Assembly (NCBI GenBank): GCA_946486465.1
Contig: CAMLTY010000003.1
Coordinates: forward strand, 1-48,646
DNA from: an uncultured Mycoplasmatota bacterium
Lineage (GTDB): Bacteria > Bacillota_I > Bacilli_A > RF39 > UBA660
Length of the DNA stretch: 48,646 nt
Reading direction: 5' to 3'
The translations under genes and the position numbers were made by a program. Numbering within the stretch: the first letter of the stretch is position 1; every line of letters starts with the position of its first letter. The notes beneath the pieces are model-generated. The model worked only from the letters and a program-made list of their open reading frames with translations, ran no database searches and had not been told where the DNA came from. This document shows, piece after piece, positions 1 to 9,528 of this stretch.

Positions 1-2
1 TA

Positions 3-740
3 ATAATAGATTCTAATGGTAAAAGAGAAAATAGAACTGAATATCCTTTAGAAGCATTAAGAGAGGCTGTTGCCAACGCTTTAATCCACAGGGATTATAG
101 TAAAGAAACAGAAAGCGCCTTTATTTCTGTTTATATGTATGAAGATAGAGTAGAGATTTTAAATCCTGGAGCATTATATGGTGCTAATAAACTAGAAAAA
201 CTTGGGACTGATACTATGATGGAGTCAAGGAACCCTACAATAGTTAGGATACTAGAAGAAAAGGGTTCTGTTATAGAAAACAGGCATACAGGTATTCCTA
301 CTATGAAAAGAGAAATGGCAAAGTATGAACTGCCTGAACCAGAATTTTATGAAGAAAGAGGGAGTTTTAAGGTTGTATTTAGAAATAGTATGAAATTTGA
401 ACATGATAGTATTAGTGAACAAGTAAGTGGACAACAAAATACCATATATAATGGGAAAAGTGATGCAGTTAGTGATACACAAAGTGGACAAGCAAGTGAA
501 CAAGTCGGTGAACAAGTAAGTGAACAAGTATTAGAATTATATAATAAAGTTTTAGATTTTTGTAGGGAACCTAAATCTGCTAAGGAAATTAAAGAATATT
601 TGAATATTAAATCTAGAAGTTATATAAGTAGAAAAATAGTTAATCCATTGATTTTAAAGGGCAAGCTAGAATATGAGAATAAAAAACATATTAAAGCTAG
701 CAATCAAAGATATGTAACTGTTAGAGATAATAAAAAATAG
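3..740 (+). CDS. C-terminal part of an AlbA_2/HATPase_c_4-type putative DNA-binding protein ('RecG-like C-terminal domain' family); the 5' end lies outside the window
   Basis: The frame of the listed ORF 135-740 stays open back to nt 3. The extended translation reads ...PLEALREAVANALIHRDYS...ILNPGALYG...ESRNPTIVRILEE..ENRHTGIPTM, which I recall as the HATPase_c_4 module of this family. An SEQV-type repeat linker and a helix-turn-helix-like tail follow. Confidence 0.7.
   Translation: MIDSNGKRENRTEYPLEALREAVANALIHRDYSKETESAFISVYMYEDRVEILNPGALYGANKLEKLGTDTMMESRNPTIVRILEEKGSVIENRHTGIPTMKREMAKYELPEPEFYEERGSFKVVFRNSMKFEHDSISEQVSGQQNTIYNGKSDAVSDTQSGQASEQVGEQVSEQVLELYNKVLDFCREPKSAKEIKEYLNIKSRSYISRKIVNPLILKGKLEYENKKHIKASNQRYVTVRDNKK
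495..530 (+). repeat. Three tandem 12-nt units (AGTGAACAAGTC / GGTGAACAAGTA / AGTGAACAAGTA) encoding SEQV/GEQV/SEQV, with a further copy at 414-425
   Basis: Read directly from the sequence. The repeat is in-frame and lies inside the linker of the first CDS. Confidence 0.85.
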
Positions 741-756
741 GAAGTGTAATAATTAT

Positions 757-1329
757 ATGAGTGCAAAGTATTTAAAAGTTATGTTTGATGACGTTAGTGG
801 TGCTAATGATAATTTAAAATATAAACTTGATGAAGTAAATATTGCCAAAAACTTTAATCCTAATGCTAATAATCCTAAAGAAATGGGTGGATTTAATTTT
901 TCGACTGAAGATAAGATATTTAGATGGTTAGTTAGAGGAGATACTTTATATGATGTAATAATACCAGAGGATGCAGAGATTATTAATGTTTCAAGTAACT
1001 CTGCTCCTAATGGTGTATTTAGGACTAATAAAATAATTTTAACTAATAAAAGAAAAATGATGGATGAAATGGCAATGTATTTCTATAAGAAATCTAACTT
1101 GCCAGAAAAATCATATTATAAAGCTTTAGCAGGTATTATGGTAAGAGGTTATAAAAATACTTGTTTACAATTGATTAGGGATAAAGTTAATAAGGATAAT
1201 ATAGATTTAGTATTAAAAGAAATCAATGATTTTGTAGGACCTAATATGAGTAAAGAAAAAGATAATAGTCATAAAGTCTTTTATGAAGTTATGGATGTTT
1301 TAAATAAAATAAAAGTGTCAAATGAGTGA
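757..1329 (+). CDS. Hypothetical protein (190 aa), probably co-transcribed with the upstream gene
   Basis: Long ORF 17 nt after the upstream stop, with GGAAG upstream of the ATG. I recognise no family with confidence. Confidence 0.6.
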   Translation: MSAKYLKVMFDDVSGANDNLKYKLDEVNIAKNFNPNANNPKEMGGFNFSTEDKIFRWLVRGDTLYDVIIPEDAEIINVSSNSAPNGVFRTNKIILTNKRKMMDEMAMYFYKKSNLPEKSYYKALAGIMVRGYKNTCLQLIRDKVNKDNIDLVLKEINDFVGPNMSKEKDNSHKVFYEVMDVLNKIKVSNE

Positions 1330-1398
1330 CAATCTCTTTAAATTATTCTTTAGTTTTGTTATACTTAAGTAGAAAAGATACGAAAGAGAGTGGTAGTT

Positions 1399-3675
1399 AT
1401 GGCAAAAAGAAAGAAAAAGAAAGAAACTAAAAAAGGTTTTGCTCATTCAACAGAATTATATGGAGTATTACTTGTTTTAGCAGCGATACTTGGGATTGGT
1501 AGATATGGTCCTGTTGGTAATATGATTGCATCCTTTGCAATATTTCTTGTAGGAGTATTATATAATCCTTTATTAGTAGTTCTTTTAATACTTGGAGCAT
1601 ATTTAATTATAAATAGAAGTTGGCCTAATTTATTTACTACTAAAATGTTAGGTATATATCTTTTATTAATAGGAGTATTAGTTTTAATGCATGAAAACTT
1701 TATCTTACAAAATGATAGTAATGCTGTTAAAGTCTTTAGTGAAACTACTAATCAGTTAATTAACTCTTTTTCAGATGTTATGAAAGGGGCAAGACCTAAT
1801 GCTATTGGTGGAGGTATTATTGGTTGTACCTTTGGGGTCTTGTTTATGATGTTATTCTCATATAGAGGAATGCAGATAATCGCTTGGACTTTAATTATTA
1901 TAGGATTTTCACTATTTACTGGCTTTTCAATTATTGACTTTGTTAAAGATAAAGCAAAGGCTGCTAAAGAGAAGTTTCCTAAGAGGGATAAGAGTAGTAG
2001 TGATGATGAAGAAGAGGTTAGTACTAAGAAACCTATTATAACAGGAAATGAAGAGCCTGCTATGGGTGAGATAAAAGATGATGATAAGAAAATTGTTATA
2101 TCTAGTATAGATGAGCTTACTAAAGCGAAAGTTCATGAAGATACTCCTAAAGAGGATGCTACTGAAGTAAGTGAAGTAAATGTAGTAGATGAAAATAAAG
2201 TTACTGTTAAACATAATTATGTGTTGCCACCTATTACTTTATTAGACCAGTCTAAGAAAAAGAAGAATAGTGTTAATCAAAGTTTAATTGAAAAGAATAT
2301 AGAGATACTTGAGAAAGTATTAAAAGACTTTAATATTATTGGTAAAGTAGTAGAAGTACATATTGGTCCTACTGTTACCCAGTATGAGTTAGAATTACAC
2401 TCTGGTACTAAGGTTAGTAAACTTTTATCCATACATAGAGAAATAGCTTTAGCCATTGCAACTAAGGACGTTAGAATACAAGCTCCTATTCCAGGAAAGA
2501 ACACAGTTGGTATAGAAATTGCTAATAAAGAAACATCTTCTGTATCATTTAGAGAAGTATTAGAAAAAGTACCTAAGTCTCTAGATGGTTCTAAACTACT
2601 TTGTCCTTTAGGTAAAAATATTATGGGTAATGTTATTTGGTGTGAGATTAATAAAACACCTCACCTTTTAGTAGCAGGTTCTACTGGTTCAGGTAAATCT
2701 GTTTGTATTAATGGTATTATATGTTCTATTTTAATGAGAGCGAAACCTGATGAAGTTAAACTTGTTATGGTTGACCCTAAAAAGGTTGAACTTTCTGGTT
2801 ATAATGGTGTTCCTCATTTAATGAGACCAGTTGTAACTGACCCTAAAGAAGCATCTGTTGCCCTTGCTAAAATTGTATCTGAGATGGAAAGACGTTATGA
2901 TATGTTTAGTGAGACTAAAACTAAGAATATTGCAACTTATAATGATTATGTAGAAAAGATGAATAAGACTCTACCAGCAGATGAACAAATGAAGAAGATG
3001 CCATTTATCGTGGTAATAATAGATGAGTTAGCAGACCTTATGTTAGTTGCAAGTAAAGATGTAGAAGCTTCTATTATGAGAATTACACAGATGGCTCGTG
3101 CAGCGGGTATTCACTTAATTATTGCTACTCAAAGACCATCGACAGATGTAATTACTGGTGTTGTTAAGGCGAATATTCCAAGCCGTATATCATTTGCCGT
3201 ATCTAGTAGTATAGATTCACGTACAATTCTTGATATGACAGGAGCAGAAAAATTACTTGGTAAAGGTGATATGTTATTCTTACCAATGGGAGAAGCAGAT
3301 CCAGAACGTATTCAAGGTGCCTTTATTTCTGATGATGAGATTAAAAGAATTATTGATTATACAATTGAACAACAAAAAGCAGAATATGACCAAGCCTTTA
3401 TGGATTTAAAAGGTGATAGTGAAAAGAGTGCCTCACAAAAAGAAGATATGAGACAAGAGGAAGAATATGATGATCCTTTATATAATGAAATAGTAGAGTT
3501 TGTTATAGAGACTCAAAAAGCCAGTGCCTCACTATTACAAAGAAGATTTAAACTTGGTTATAATAGAGCAGCACGTATTATTGATTTACTAGAAGAAAGA
3601 GGTATTATTGGACCACCTAATGGCTCTAAACCTAGAGAAGTACTTGTTAAGTTAGATGAACCAACGGAAGAATAA
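1399..3675 (+). CDS. ftsK: DNA translocase FtsK/SpoIIIE
   Basis: Has N-terminal TM segments and an acidic linker. Motifs are Walker A GSTGSGKSV, Walker B VVIIDELADL, IATQRPS, and the C-terminal gamma domain LLQRRFKLGYNRAARIIDLLE. ATG 1399 (MAKRKKKK) sits 8 nt after GAAAGAGAG; GTG 1390 is an alternative start. Confidence 0.95.
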   Translation: MAKRKKKKETKKGFAHSTELYGVLLVLAAILGIGRYGPVGNMIASFAIFLVGVLYNPLLVVLLILGAYLIINRSWPNLFTTKMLGIYLLLIGVLVLMHENFILQNDSNAVKVFSETTNQLINSFSDVMKGARPNAIGGGIIGCTFGVLFMMLFSYRGMQIIAWTLIIIGFSLFTGFSIIDFVKDKAKAAKEKFPKRDKSSSDDEEEVSTKKPIITGNEEPAMGEIKDDDKKIVISSIDELTKAKVHEDTPKEDATEVSEVNVVDENKVTVKHNYVLPPITLLDQSKKKKNSVNQSLIEKNIEILEKVLKDFNIIGKVVEVHIGPTVTQYELELHSGTKVSKLLSIHREIALAIATKDVRIQAPIPGKNTVGIEIANKETSSVSFREVLEKVPKSLDGSKLLCPLGKNIMGNVIWCEINKTPHLLVAGSTGSGKSVCINGIICSILMRAKPDEVKLVMVDPKKVELSGYNGVPHLMRPVVTDPKEASVALAKIVSEMERRYDMFSETKTKNIATYNDYVEKMNKTLPADEQMKKMPFIVVIIDELADLMLVASKDVEASIMRITQMARAAGIHLIIATQRPSTDVITGVVKANIPSRISFAVSSSIDSRTILDMTGAEKLLGKGDMLFLPMGEADPERIQGAFISDDEIKRIIDYTIEQQKAEYDQAFMDLKGDSEKSASQKEDMRQEEEYDDPLYNEIVEFVIETQKASASLLQRRFKLGYNRAARIIDLLEERGIIGPPNGSKPREVLVKLDEPTEE

Positions 3676-3676
3676 T

Positions 3677-3705
3677 AAAGAGATTTCTTGATGATGTCTC
3701 TTTTT
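3677..3705 (+). terminator. Putative intrinsic terminator after ftsK
   Basis: AAAGAGA (3677-3683) pairs with TCTCTTT (3697-3703), followed by Ts. The loop is rather long at 13 nt. Confidence 0.5.
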
Positions 3706-3752
3706 CTTTATAATTATTTATGCTAAAATATGTTGTGAAAAGGACTGATGTT

Positions 3753-4586
3753 ATGAAACTTTTAGGTGTAATAAGAGATTCTAATTATTTAGAATACTTA
3801 GATAATGGTTTAGATGGACTTATCTTACCATTAGAAAATTTTTCTGTTGATTATTTTAAATATTATAATATTTCTGACATAAAAGAATATAAGAAAAATA
3901 CTGATAAGCTATGTTTTGTTGTTATAAATAAAATGATATTTAATAATGAGTTAGATAATTTACTTAAGGTATTAAAAGAACTAGAAAATATAAAAGTAGA
4001 TGGAGTGTTCTTTTATGATTTAGCAGTTCTTAATCTAGTCAAAGAAAATAAAATAAACATTAACTTAATCTACAATGGTACTCATATGGTTACTAATAGT
4101 GATACTATTAATTTGTATTATGATTTAGGAGTTAAAAGAGCCTATCTCTCTAATGAAATAACTAAAGATGAAGTACTTAATATAAGAAGTAATACTAAAA
4201 GTGATTTATTTATTCTTTTGCTTGGCAATCCTGTAGTCGCTATGTCTAGAAGGAATTTACTTACTAGTTATTTTGATAATAAAAATAAAAGTAAGAGTGA
4301 AATAATCACTATTAAAGAACCTAAGAGTGGGCAAGAGTTCTTAGTTAAAGAAGATAGTAATGGGACAACTTTCTTTTATAATAGACGTCTTAATTTAAGT
4401 AATGTATATAAAGAATTAGATAATAGTGGTATTAATTATGGAATTATAGAACAAGGCGATTATAGTAGTGATGAATTTAAAGAACTAATAAATGCTTTTG
4501 TTAATTTTGATAAGCAAAGAATAGATGAGTTGGCAGGACATAATAGAGGTTTCTTATATAGAGAGACTATCTATAAAGTAAAGTAG
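3753..4586 (+). CDS. Peptidase U32 family protein (YrrN-like, first of a pair)
   Basis: U32-like sequence directly upstream of a second, clearer U32 gene, as in the B. subtilis yrrN-yrrO (TrhP-type) pair. I prefer ATG 3753 (AAAGGA RBS) because ATG 3720 lies inside a TGCTAAAAT extended -10-like element. Confidence 0.7.
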   Translation: MKLLGVIRDSNYLEYLDNGLDGLILPLENFSVDYFKYYNISDIKEYKKNTDKLCFVVINKMIFNNELDNLLKVLKELENIKVDGVFFYDLAVLNLVKENKININLIYNGTHMVTNSDTINLYYDLGVKRAYLSNEITKDEVLNIRSNTKSDLFILLLGNPVVAMSRRNLLTSYFDNKNKSKSEIITIKEPKSGQEFLVKEDSNGTTFFYNRRLNLSNVYKELDNSGINYGIIEQGDYSSDEFKELINAFVNFDKQRIDELAGHNRGFLYRETIYKVK

Positions 4587-4591
4587 GTGAT

Positions 4592-5779
4592 ATGATGAAA
4601 AAAATAGAATTACTAGCACCAGCAGGGGATTTAGAAAGACTTAAAGTAGTCTTATTATACGGTGCTGATGCAGTTTATGTAGGAGGAGAAAAACTAAGTT
4701 TAAGGGCGAATGCTACTAATTTTAGTTTAGATGAATTAAAAGAAGGATGTACTTTCGCTCATAATTTAGGTAAAAAAGTATATCTAACCGCTAATATTGT
4801 TTTTCATGATAAAGATAGATTAGGTATGGAAGAATACATTAAAGAAGTTATAGACTGTGGTATTAATGCTTTTATCGTCAGTGATTTATATCTTGCCAAA
4901 TATATTATAGATAACTATAAAACAGTAGAGGTTCATATATCTACACAAGACTCTATTACTAATAAAGATGCTGCAATGTTTTATAGGGACTTAGGAGCAA
5001 GTAGAGTTGTTCTTGCAAGAGAACTATCTCGTGATGAGATAAAAGAAATATCAAGTATACCTAATCTAGAAACAGAAGTCTTTATTCATGGAGCCATGTG
5101 TACTTGTTTTAGTGGTAGATGTGCTTTATCTAATTATGTTACTAATCGTGATGCAAACCGTGGAGGATGTGCGCAAGTATGTCGTTTTGCCTTTGATTAT
5201 AAAGATAATGATAAATTTACTCTTGCTACTAAAGACTTAAATATGGCAAGCTATATTAAAGATTTAATAGATATTGGTGTTAGTTCCCTAAAAGTAGAAG
5301 GAAGAATGCGAAGCCTTTATTACCTTGCTACTGTTATTGGTAGTTATAGATTTTTAATAGATAGTATTTATAATGGCACTTTAACTGATGAGAAATTACT
5401 TGAGTATGAGAAACGCCTTGACTCTGTCGCTAATCGTGATACAACTAGTCAATACTTTAATCATCTAGCAGATGTAACTGACCAATATTATACAGGTAGA
5501 CAAGAAGTATCTAATCAAGAGTATTTAGGACTTATAATAGGTTATGATGAAAAGATGAAATCTATTGTCTTAAAAGAACGCAACTACTTTAAAGTAGGTG
5601 ATGAAGTAGAAATATTTACACCAAAAGGAGAGATTTATCCTTATAAAATAAAAACTATTTATAATGAAGATAATGAGAAAATAGATGTTGCAAGACATCC
5701 TGAAGAAATATTAAAATTACCATTTGATACAAGACTTATTTCTTATTCTATGATAAGATTAATTAGAAAGAGTAAATAA
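4592..5779 (+). CDS. Peptidase U32 family protein (YrrO-like)
   Basis: LLAPAGDLERLKVVLLYGADAVYVGG..., IHGAMCTCFSGRCALS and KVEGRMRS are typical U32/collagenase-like motifs as I recall them. Confidence 0.85.
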   Translation: MMKKIELLAPAGDLERLKVVLLYGADAVYVGGEKLSLRANATNFSLDELKEGCTFAHNLGKKVYLTANIVFHDKDRLGMEEYIKEVIDCGINAFIVSDLYLAKYIIDNYKTVEVHISTQDSITNKDAAMFYRDLGASRVVLARELSRDEIKEISSIPNLETEVFIHGAMCTCFSGRCALSNYVTNRDANRGGCAQVCRFAFDYKDNDKFTLATKDLNMASYIKDLIDIGVSSLKVEGRMRSLYYLATVIGSYRFLIDSIYNGTLTDEKLLEYEKRLDSVANRDTTSQYFNHLADVTDQYYTGRQEVSNQEYLGLIIGYDEKMKSIVLKERNYFKVGDEVEIFTPKGEIYPYKIKTIYNEDNEKIDVARHPEEILKLPFDTRLISYSMIRLIRKSK

Positions 5780-5812
5780 ACTTTCAATATAAATTAATAA
5801 GGAGAAGTAGTT

Positions 5813-6181
5813 ATGAGTAGTAAAGAATATTATTATGTTCCAGTTTATGCAATGCTTGCCGAAGATTTTGTTTGTGAGGAAATTGAATTTAAGTTTTTAG
5901 ATAAGATAATAGTTTCTGCAACTAAAAATGGTTATGAAGAGTTAGATGGCTTTAATAACTTTGTTATCTTAAAGTCTAAAAGAGATGAAAGTAAGAAATT
6001 AAATATTGTTAATTATGATGAGTGTCTATATTTAAATGAAGATGATTTTACTGAAGAAAATATGGTAGTAATTGATGATAGCTTTAACAGAGATAATTAT
6101 GTTAAAGATAATTTTGATAATTTTATAAAGATGAAAAGGGGAAATGTGAAAACTAAAAAGTATTATACAGGGAAGAAGTGA
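5813..6181 (+). CDS. Hypothetical acidic protein (122 aa)
   Basis: ORF with an AAGGAGAAG RBS. No family recognised. Confidence 0.6.
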   Translation: MSSKEYYYVPVYAMLAEDFVCEEIEFKFLDKIIVSATKNGYEELDGFNNFVILKSKRDESKKLNIVNYDECLYLNEDDFTEENMVVIDDSFNRDNYVKDNFDNFIKMKRGNVKTKKYYTGKK

Positions 6182-6185
6182 TTTA

Positions 6186-7310
6186 ATGGGAAGTTTTGAG
6201 AAAGCAAAGAAGAACTTTTTAAGGAAAGAAAAAGATTTAAGTCCTTATGCTACTAAAAGTAGTGATGCTGTTAGGTTTAAAGAAGAAAAGGAAGATATTA
6301 GGCCTCCATTTTTTCATGATATAGATAGAATAATACATTCTTTGTCTTATACAAGATACTTGAATAAGACTCAAGTTTATACACTAAACTCTAATGACCA
6401 TGTCAGTAGAAGAATTACTCATGTTCAGTTAGTTAGTAAGATTGCAAGGACAATAGGTAGGGCTTTAAACTTAAATGAAGACTTAATAGAAGCGATTGCC
6501 TTAGGTCATGATATTGGTCACACTCCTTTAGGACATACAGGGGAAGCGATATTAAATAGATTATCTTTAAAAGAACTAGGAGAGTATTTCGCTCACAATA
6601 TTCAAGGTGTAAGATATTATATGGATGTTGCAAAAGATGGAGAAGGGCTTAATTTAACACTACAAACATTGGATGGTATTATGACTCATAATGGGGAGAT
6701 GTTAAGTCCTATCTATGAACCTATGGCTAAAGATAAAGAAGAATTCTTAAGAGAATATAACGAAAGTTATAAAGACTTAGAGAAATCTAAAACTTATCGT
6801 CCTATGACTTTAGAAGGTTGTGTAGTTAGAATTAGTGATATTATTGGATATATTGGTAGAGACATAGAAGATGCTATTATGATAGATAGATTTAAAAGAA
6901 GTGATATACCGGAAAGTATAAGAGATGTATTAGGTGATAATAATAGAGATATTGTTAATACTATTGTCTTAGATATTATTAATGAAAGTATAGATAAACC
7001 TTATATTAAGATGAGTGATAAAGTCTATAAAGCTCTATTCGCTTTAAAGAAATTTAACAATGAAAATATCTATAAGTATTCTATGACTAAAGAAGAATTA
7101 GATTATTATGAAGCTGGTATCAATAAACTATATAATATCTATTTAGATGATATAAAGACAAATAATAAAGAAAGTGATATCTATAAAATATTTTTAAATC
7201 ATCAAGATAAAAGATATTTAGAATCTACTAATATTAAAAGATGGGTGATAGATTATATCGCTGGTATGACTGATGACTTTTTGATAAGAGAGATTAAAAA
7301 TCATGAGTAG
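6186..7310 (+). CDS. HD-domain dNTP triphosphohydrolase (dGTPase-like)
   Basis: RITHVQLVSKIARTIGRAL...ALGHDIGHTPLGHTGE and ISDIIGYIGRDIEDA are HD/dGTPase family signatures. Confidence 0.8.
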   Translation: MGSFEKAKKNFLRKEKDLSPYATKSSDAVRFKEEKEDIRPPFFHDIDRIIHSLSYTRYLNKTQVYTLNSNDHVSRRITHVQLVSKIARTIGRALNLNEDLIEAIALGHDIGHTPLGHTGEAILNRLSLKELGEYFAHNIQGVRYYMDVAKDGEGLNLTLQTLDGIMTHNGEMLSPIYEPMAKDKEEFLREYNESYKDLEKSKTYRPMTLEGCVVRISDIIGYIGRDIEDAIMIDRFKRSDIPESIRDVLGDNNRDIVNTIVLDIINESIDKPYIKMSDKVYKALFALKKFNNENIYKYSMTKEELDYYEAGINKLYNIYLDDIKTNNKESDIYKIFLNHQDKRYLESTNIKRWVIDYIAGMTDDFLIREIKNHE

Positions 7311-8082
7311 AGTGTTAGAGTGTAGTGCTTTAGTTAGTGTTATACTTACTAAAGTAAAAAAAGATCTTAAGAAAAGCACCCCTTTTCTTGCTATCATTAG
7401 CTTCAATAACTCTAAATATTGTAAACTATTAATAGATAAATGTCTTGAACTTGATATCCATTTTAAACATTATAAGTTAGATAATCCTAGTACAAAGGGT
7501 ATTATTTCTTTAATAGACGAACTTAATAAAGATAATGAAATAACCGGTATTTTATTAGTAGAACCTCTTCCTAAAAATATAGATAAATATGCTTGTTATG
7601 ATGCGATAAATATAAATAAAGATATAGATGGTGTTAATCCCATTAATCAGTATTATTTATCTATAAATAGACCTAATATAGTTAATTCAACTGTTCTTGC
7701 TGTTATAAGACTATTAGAGTTTTATAATATCTCTTTAAGTGATAAAAATGTCACTATCATTGGAAGAAGTTATAATATTTCTAGGCCTTTAGCAAGTTAC
7801 TTAATAAATAAAAACTCTACTGTTACAATGTGTCACTCTAAAACTAGAGATTTAGTTAGTTTGTTAAAAAACAGTGATATTGTGATAAGTGTAACAGGTG
7901 TTAACAATCTTTTTAGAAGTAGTGATTTAAAAGATGGCTGTATTGTTATAGATGTAGGTTTAGGTGATGTCTTAATAGATAGTGATAATATTAGTTATAC
8001 ACCTAAAACTAAGGGAGTAGGTCCTTTATCTATCGCATGTCTATTAGAAAATTTAGTTACTACTTGTAAAGATAAAAAATAA
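7303..8082 (+). CDS. folD: Divergent FolD-like methylenetetrahydrofolate dehydrogenase/cyclohydrolase homologue
   Basis: TGILLVEPLP, NKDIDGVNPIN, IIGRSYNISRP, TMCHSKT, IVIDVG and TPKTKGVGPLS line up by eye with FolD. The N-terminal substrate-region motifs are poorly conserved. The start overlaps the upstream gene by 8 nt. Confidence 0.7.
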   Translation: MSRVLECSALVSVILTKVKKDLKKSTPFLAIISFNNSKYCKLLIDKCLELDIHFKHYKLDNPSTKGIISLIDELNKDNEITGILLVEPLPKNIDKYACYDAININKDIDGVNPINQYYLSINRPNIVNSTVLAVIRLLEFYNISLSDKNVTIIGRSYNISRPLASYLINKNSTVTMCHSKTRDLVSLLKNSDIVISVTGVNNLFRSSDLKDGCIVIDVGLGDVLIDSDNISYTPKTKGVGPLSIACLLENLVTTCKDKK

Positions 8083-8116
8083 AAATTATAATAAATATGG
8101 AAAGAAGGTATGATTA

Positions 8117-8488
8117 ATGAAAATTTATGTATGTAAAAAATGTGGAAATGTTATATTAAAGTTAGAAGATAAAAGTGAGGCTTTAGTATGTTGCGGTGAA
8201 AAGATGACATTAGTTGAAGCGAACACAACTGAAGCGGCTACTGAAAAACATTTACCAGTATATGAGATTAAAGATGGAATGATTTATATCAAAGTAGGAG
8301 AAGTAGAACATCCAATGACAGATGAACATTATATTTCCTTTATAATTCTTGCAAGTGATGATAATTATATGATTAAGAAGTTAACAGCAGGAGATAAACC
8401 AGAAGCAAGTTTTCCTTATGATAAATCATATAATAAAATCTATGCTTATTGTAATTTACATAGTCTTTGGCTTACTGAAATTAAATAA
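8117..8488 (+). CDS. dfx: Desulfoferrodoxin (superoxide reductase, 2Fe type)
   Basis: N-terminal desulforedoxin CKKCG...CCG. Centre II ligand motifs are EKHLP, HPMTDEHYI and CNLHSLW. Confidence 0.9.
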   Translation: MKIYVCKKCGNVILKLEDKSEALVCCGEKMTLVEANTTEAATEKHLPVYEIKDGMIYIKVGEVEHPMTDEHYISFIILASDDNYMIKKLTAGDKPEASFPYDKSYNKIYAYCNLHSLWLTEIK

Positions 8489-8490
8489 TT

Positions 8491-9285
8491 ATGAATATTT
8501 ATCATGAATTAAACAAAGTAATAGATTATATAGAAGATAATTTAGAAAACGATATAGACTATGAAAAAATAGCTAGAATTCTAGGTGTTAATGTCTATAC
8601 TGCTAAAAAACTATTTAGTCTTCTTTGTAATAATACCATAACAGAGTACATTAGAAAGAGAAGATTAACTTTGTCTTTTTATGATTTAACTGTAAAAAAT
8701 GAGAAAGTAATTGATGTTGCGCTTAAATATCACTATGATAATCCAACATCTTTTTCTCGTGCTTTTTATAAGTTTTATGGCATTAAACCTAGTAAGGCAA
8801 AAGCTTTAAAGAAAGGTATTAAGACTTTTCCTAAAATTGTCTTTAAAGAAGAAGTTACTGATAGTAGTGATTTAACTTATAACATTATATCTTTAGATGA
8901 ATTTACTCTATATGGAATAGGAATTAAGACTACTAATGATACTATTAAGAGAGATGCCCCAAGATTTTTTGATGAATGTATCAATAAATTTAATGGGCAT
9001 CCTGATTATGGTATGGTTACTTATGAAGATAGATATACTAGTGATAATTTTGAATATTGGTGTTTATATAAAGAAAAATTGTCTGGATTATCTAAATATG
9101 TTATTCCTAAGAGTAAATGGATTGTCTTTATAATAGATTCCCAGGAAGCGAAAGATATTAGGAGAGTTAGTCAAAAGTTTTATAAGACAATGTTTTTAAA
9201 TTTACAATATAATATTAGACCTTTGCCAGAACTTGAATATTATCATGATGGAATAACAGAGTTTTTAATACCTATAGAAGATTAA
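8491..9285 (+). CDS. AraC-family transcriptional regulator with a GyrI-like effector-binding C-terminal domain
   Basis: N-terminal HTH_18-type sequence (YDNPTSFSRAFYKFYGIKPS). The C-terminal ~150 aa resemble GyrI-like/Cass2-type domains. Confidence 0.8.
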   Translation: MNIYHELNKVIDYIEDNLENDIDYEKIARILGVNVYTAKKLFSLLCNNTITEYIRKRRLTLSFYDLTVKNEKVIDVALKYHYDNPTSFSRAFYKFYGIKPSKAKALKKGIKTFPKIVFKEEVTDSSDLTYNIISLDEFTLYGIGIKTTNDTIKRDAPRFFDECINKFNGHPDYGMVTYEDRYTSDNFEYWCLYKEKLSGLSKYVIPKSKWIVFIIDSQEAKDIRRVSQKFYKTMFLNLQYNIRPLPELEYYHDGITEFLIPIED

Positions 9286-9302
9286 CAAAGAATTAATTTA
9301 CG

Positions 9303-9332
9303 AAAACTCGTACTATGAAAGATACGAGTTTT
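9303..9332 (+). terminator. Intrinsic terminator after the AraC-type gene
   Basis: AAAACTCGTA (9303-9312) and TACGAGTTTT (9323-9332) form a perfect 10-bp stem ending in a T-run. Confidence 0.6.
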
Positions 9333-9416
9333 ATGTTACACTAAATACGAATACATTTATTTGGAATTAGATGACTTTCTATAACATTTATAATCTTATA
9401 GAAAGGGGCAAGATAT

Positions 9417-9494
9417 ATGAACAAACATGAAAAATCATATTTTATAATTATCATTATCTTGTTATTCATTATTATCACCTTAATCTTTAGATAA
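9417..9494 (+). CDS. Unannotated 25-codon hydrophobic peptide (MNKHEKSYFIIIIILLFIIITLIFR), type-I-toxin-like
   Basis: My own translation. GAAAGGGG lies 7-8 nt upstream of the ATG. There is a single predicted TM helix. The ORF is below the 60-aa cutoff of the supplied track. Confidence 0.4.
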   Translation: MNKHEKSYFIIIIILLFIIITLIFR

Positions 9495-9498
9495 TAAT

Positions 9499-9528
9499 AA
9501 CATCTAATTTCTCTTGGAATTAGATGTT
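9499..9528 (+). other. Perfect 11-bp stem-loop just 3' of the small ORF
   Basis: AACATCTAATT (9499-9509) pairs with AATTAGATGTT (9518-9528). The right arm is part of a 13-nt direct repeat, TTGGAATTAGATG, at 9361-9373 and 9514-9526. Confidence 0.6.

Noticed and set aside
252-527. Antisense or nested ORFs in the supplied track. Examples: 252-527(-), 1927-2214(-), 2277-2504(-), 6433-6633(-), 7218-7406(-), 8936-9133(+), 10474-10686(-), 10831-11214(-), 11221-11472(-), 12542-12745(-), 23138-23323(-), 25956-26174(+), 34114-34383(-), 37180-37371(-), 46034-46318(-), 48379-48633(-).
   Set aside because: Each lies inside, or antisense to, a well-supported gene or promoter region. They have low-complexity Ile/Leu/Phe/Ser-rich translations typical of shadow frames in AT-rich DNA, and none has a visible RBS.
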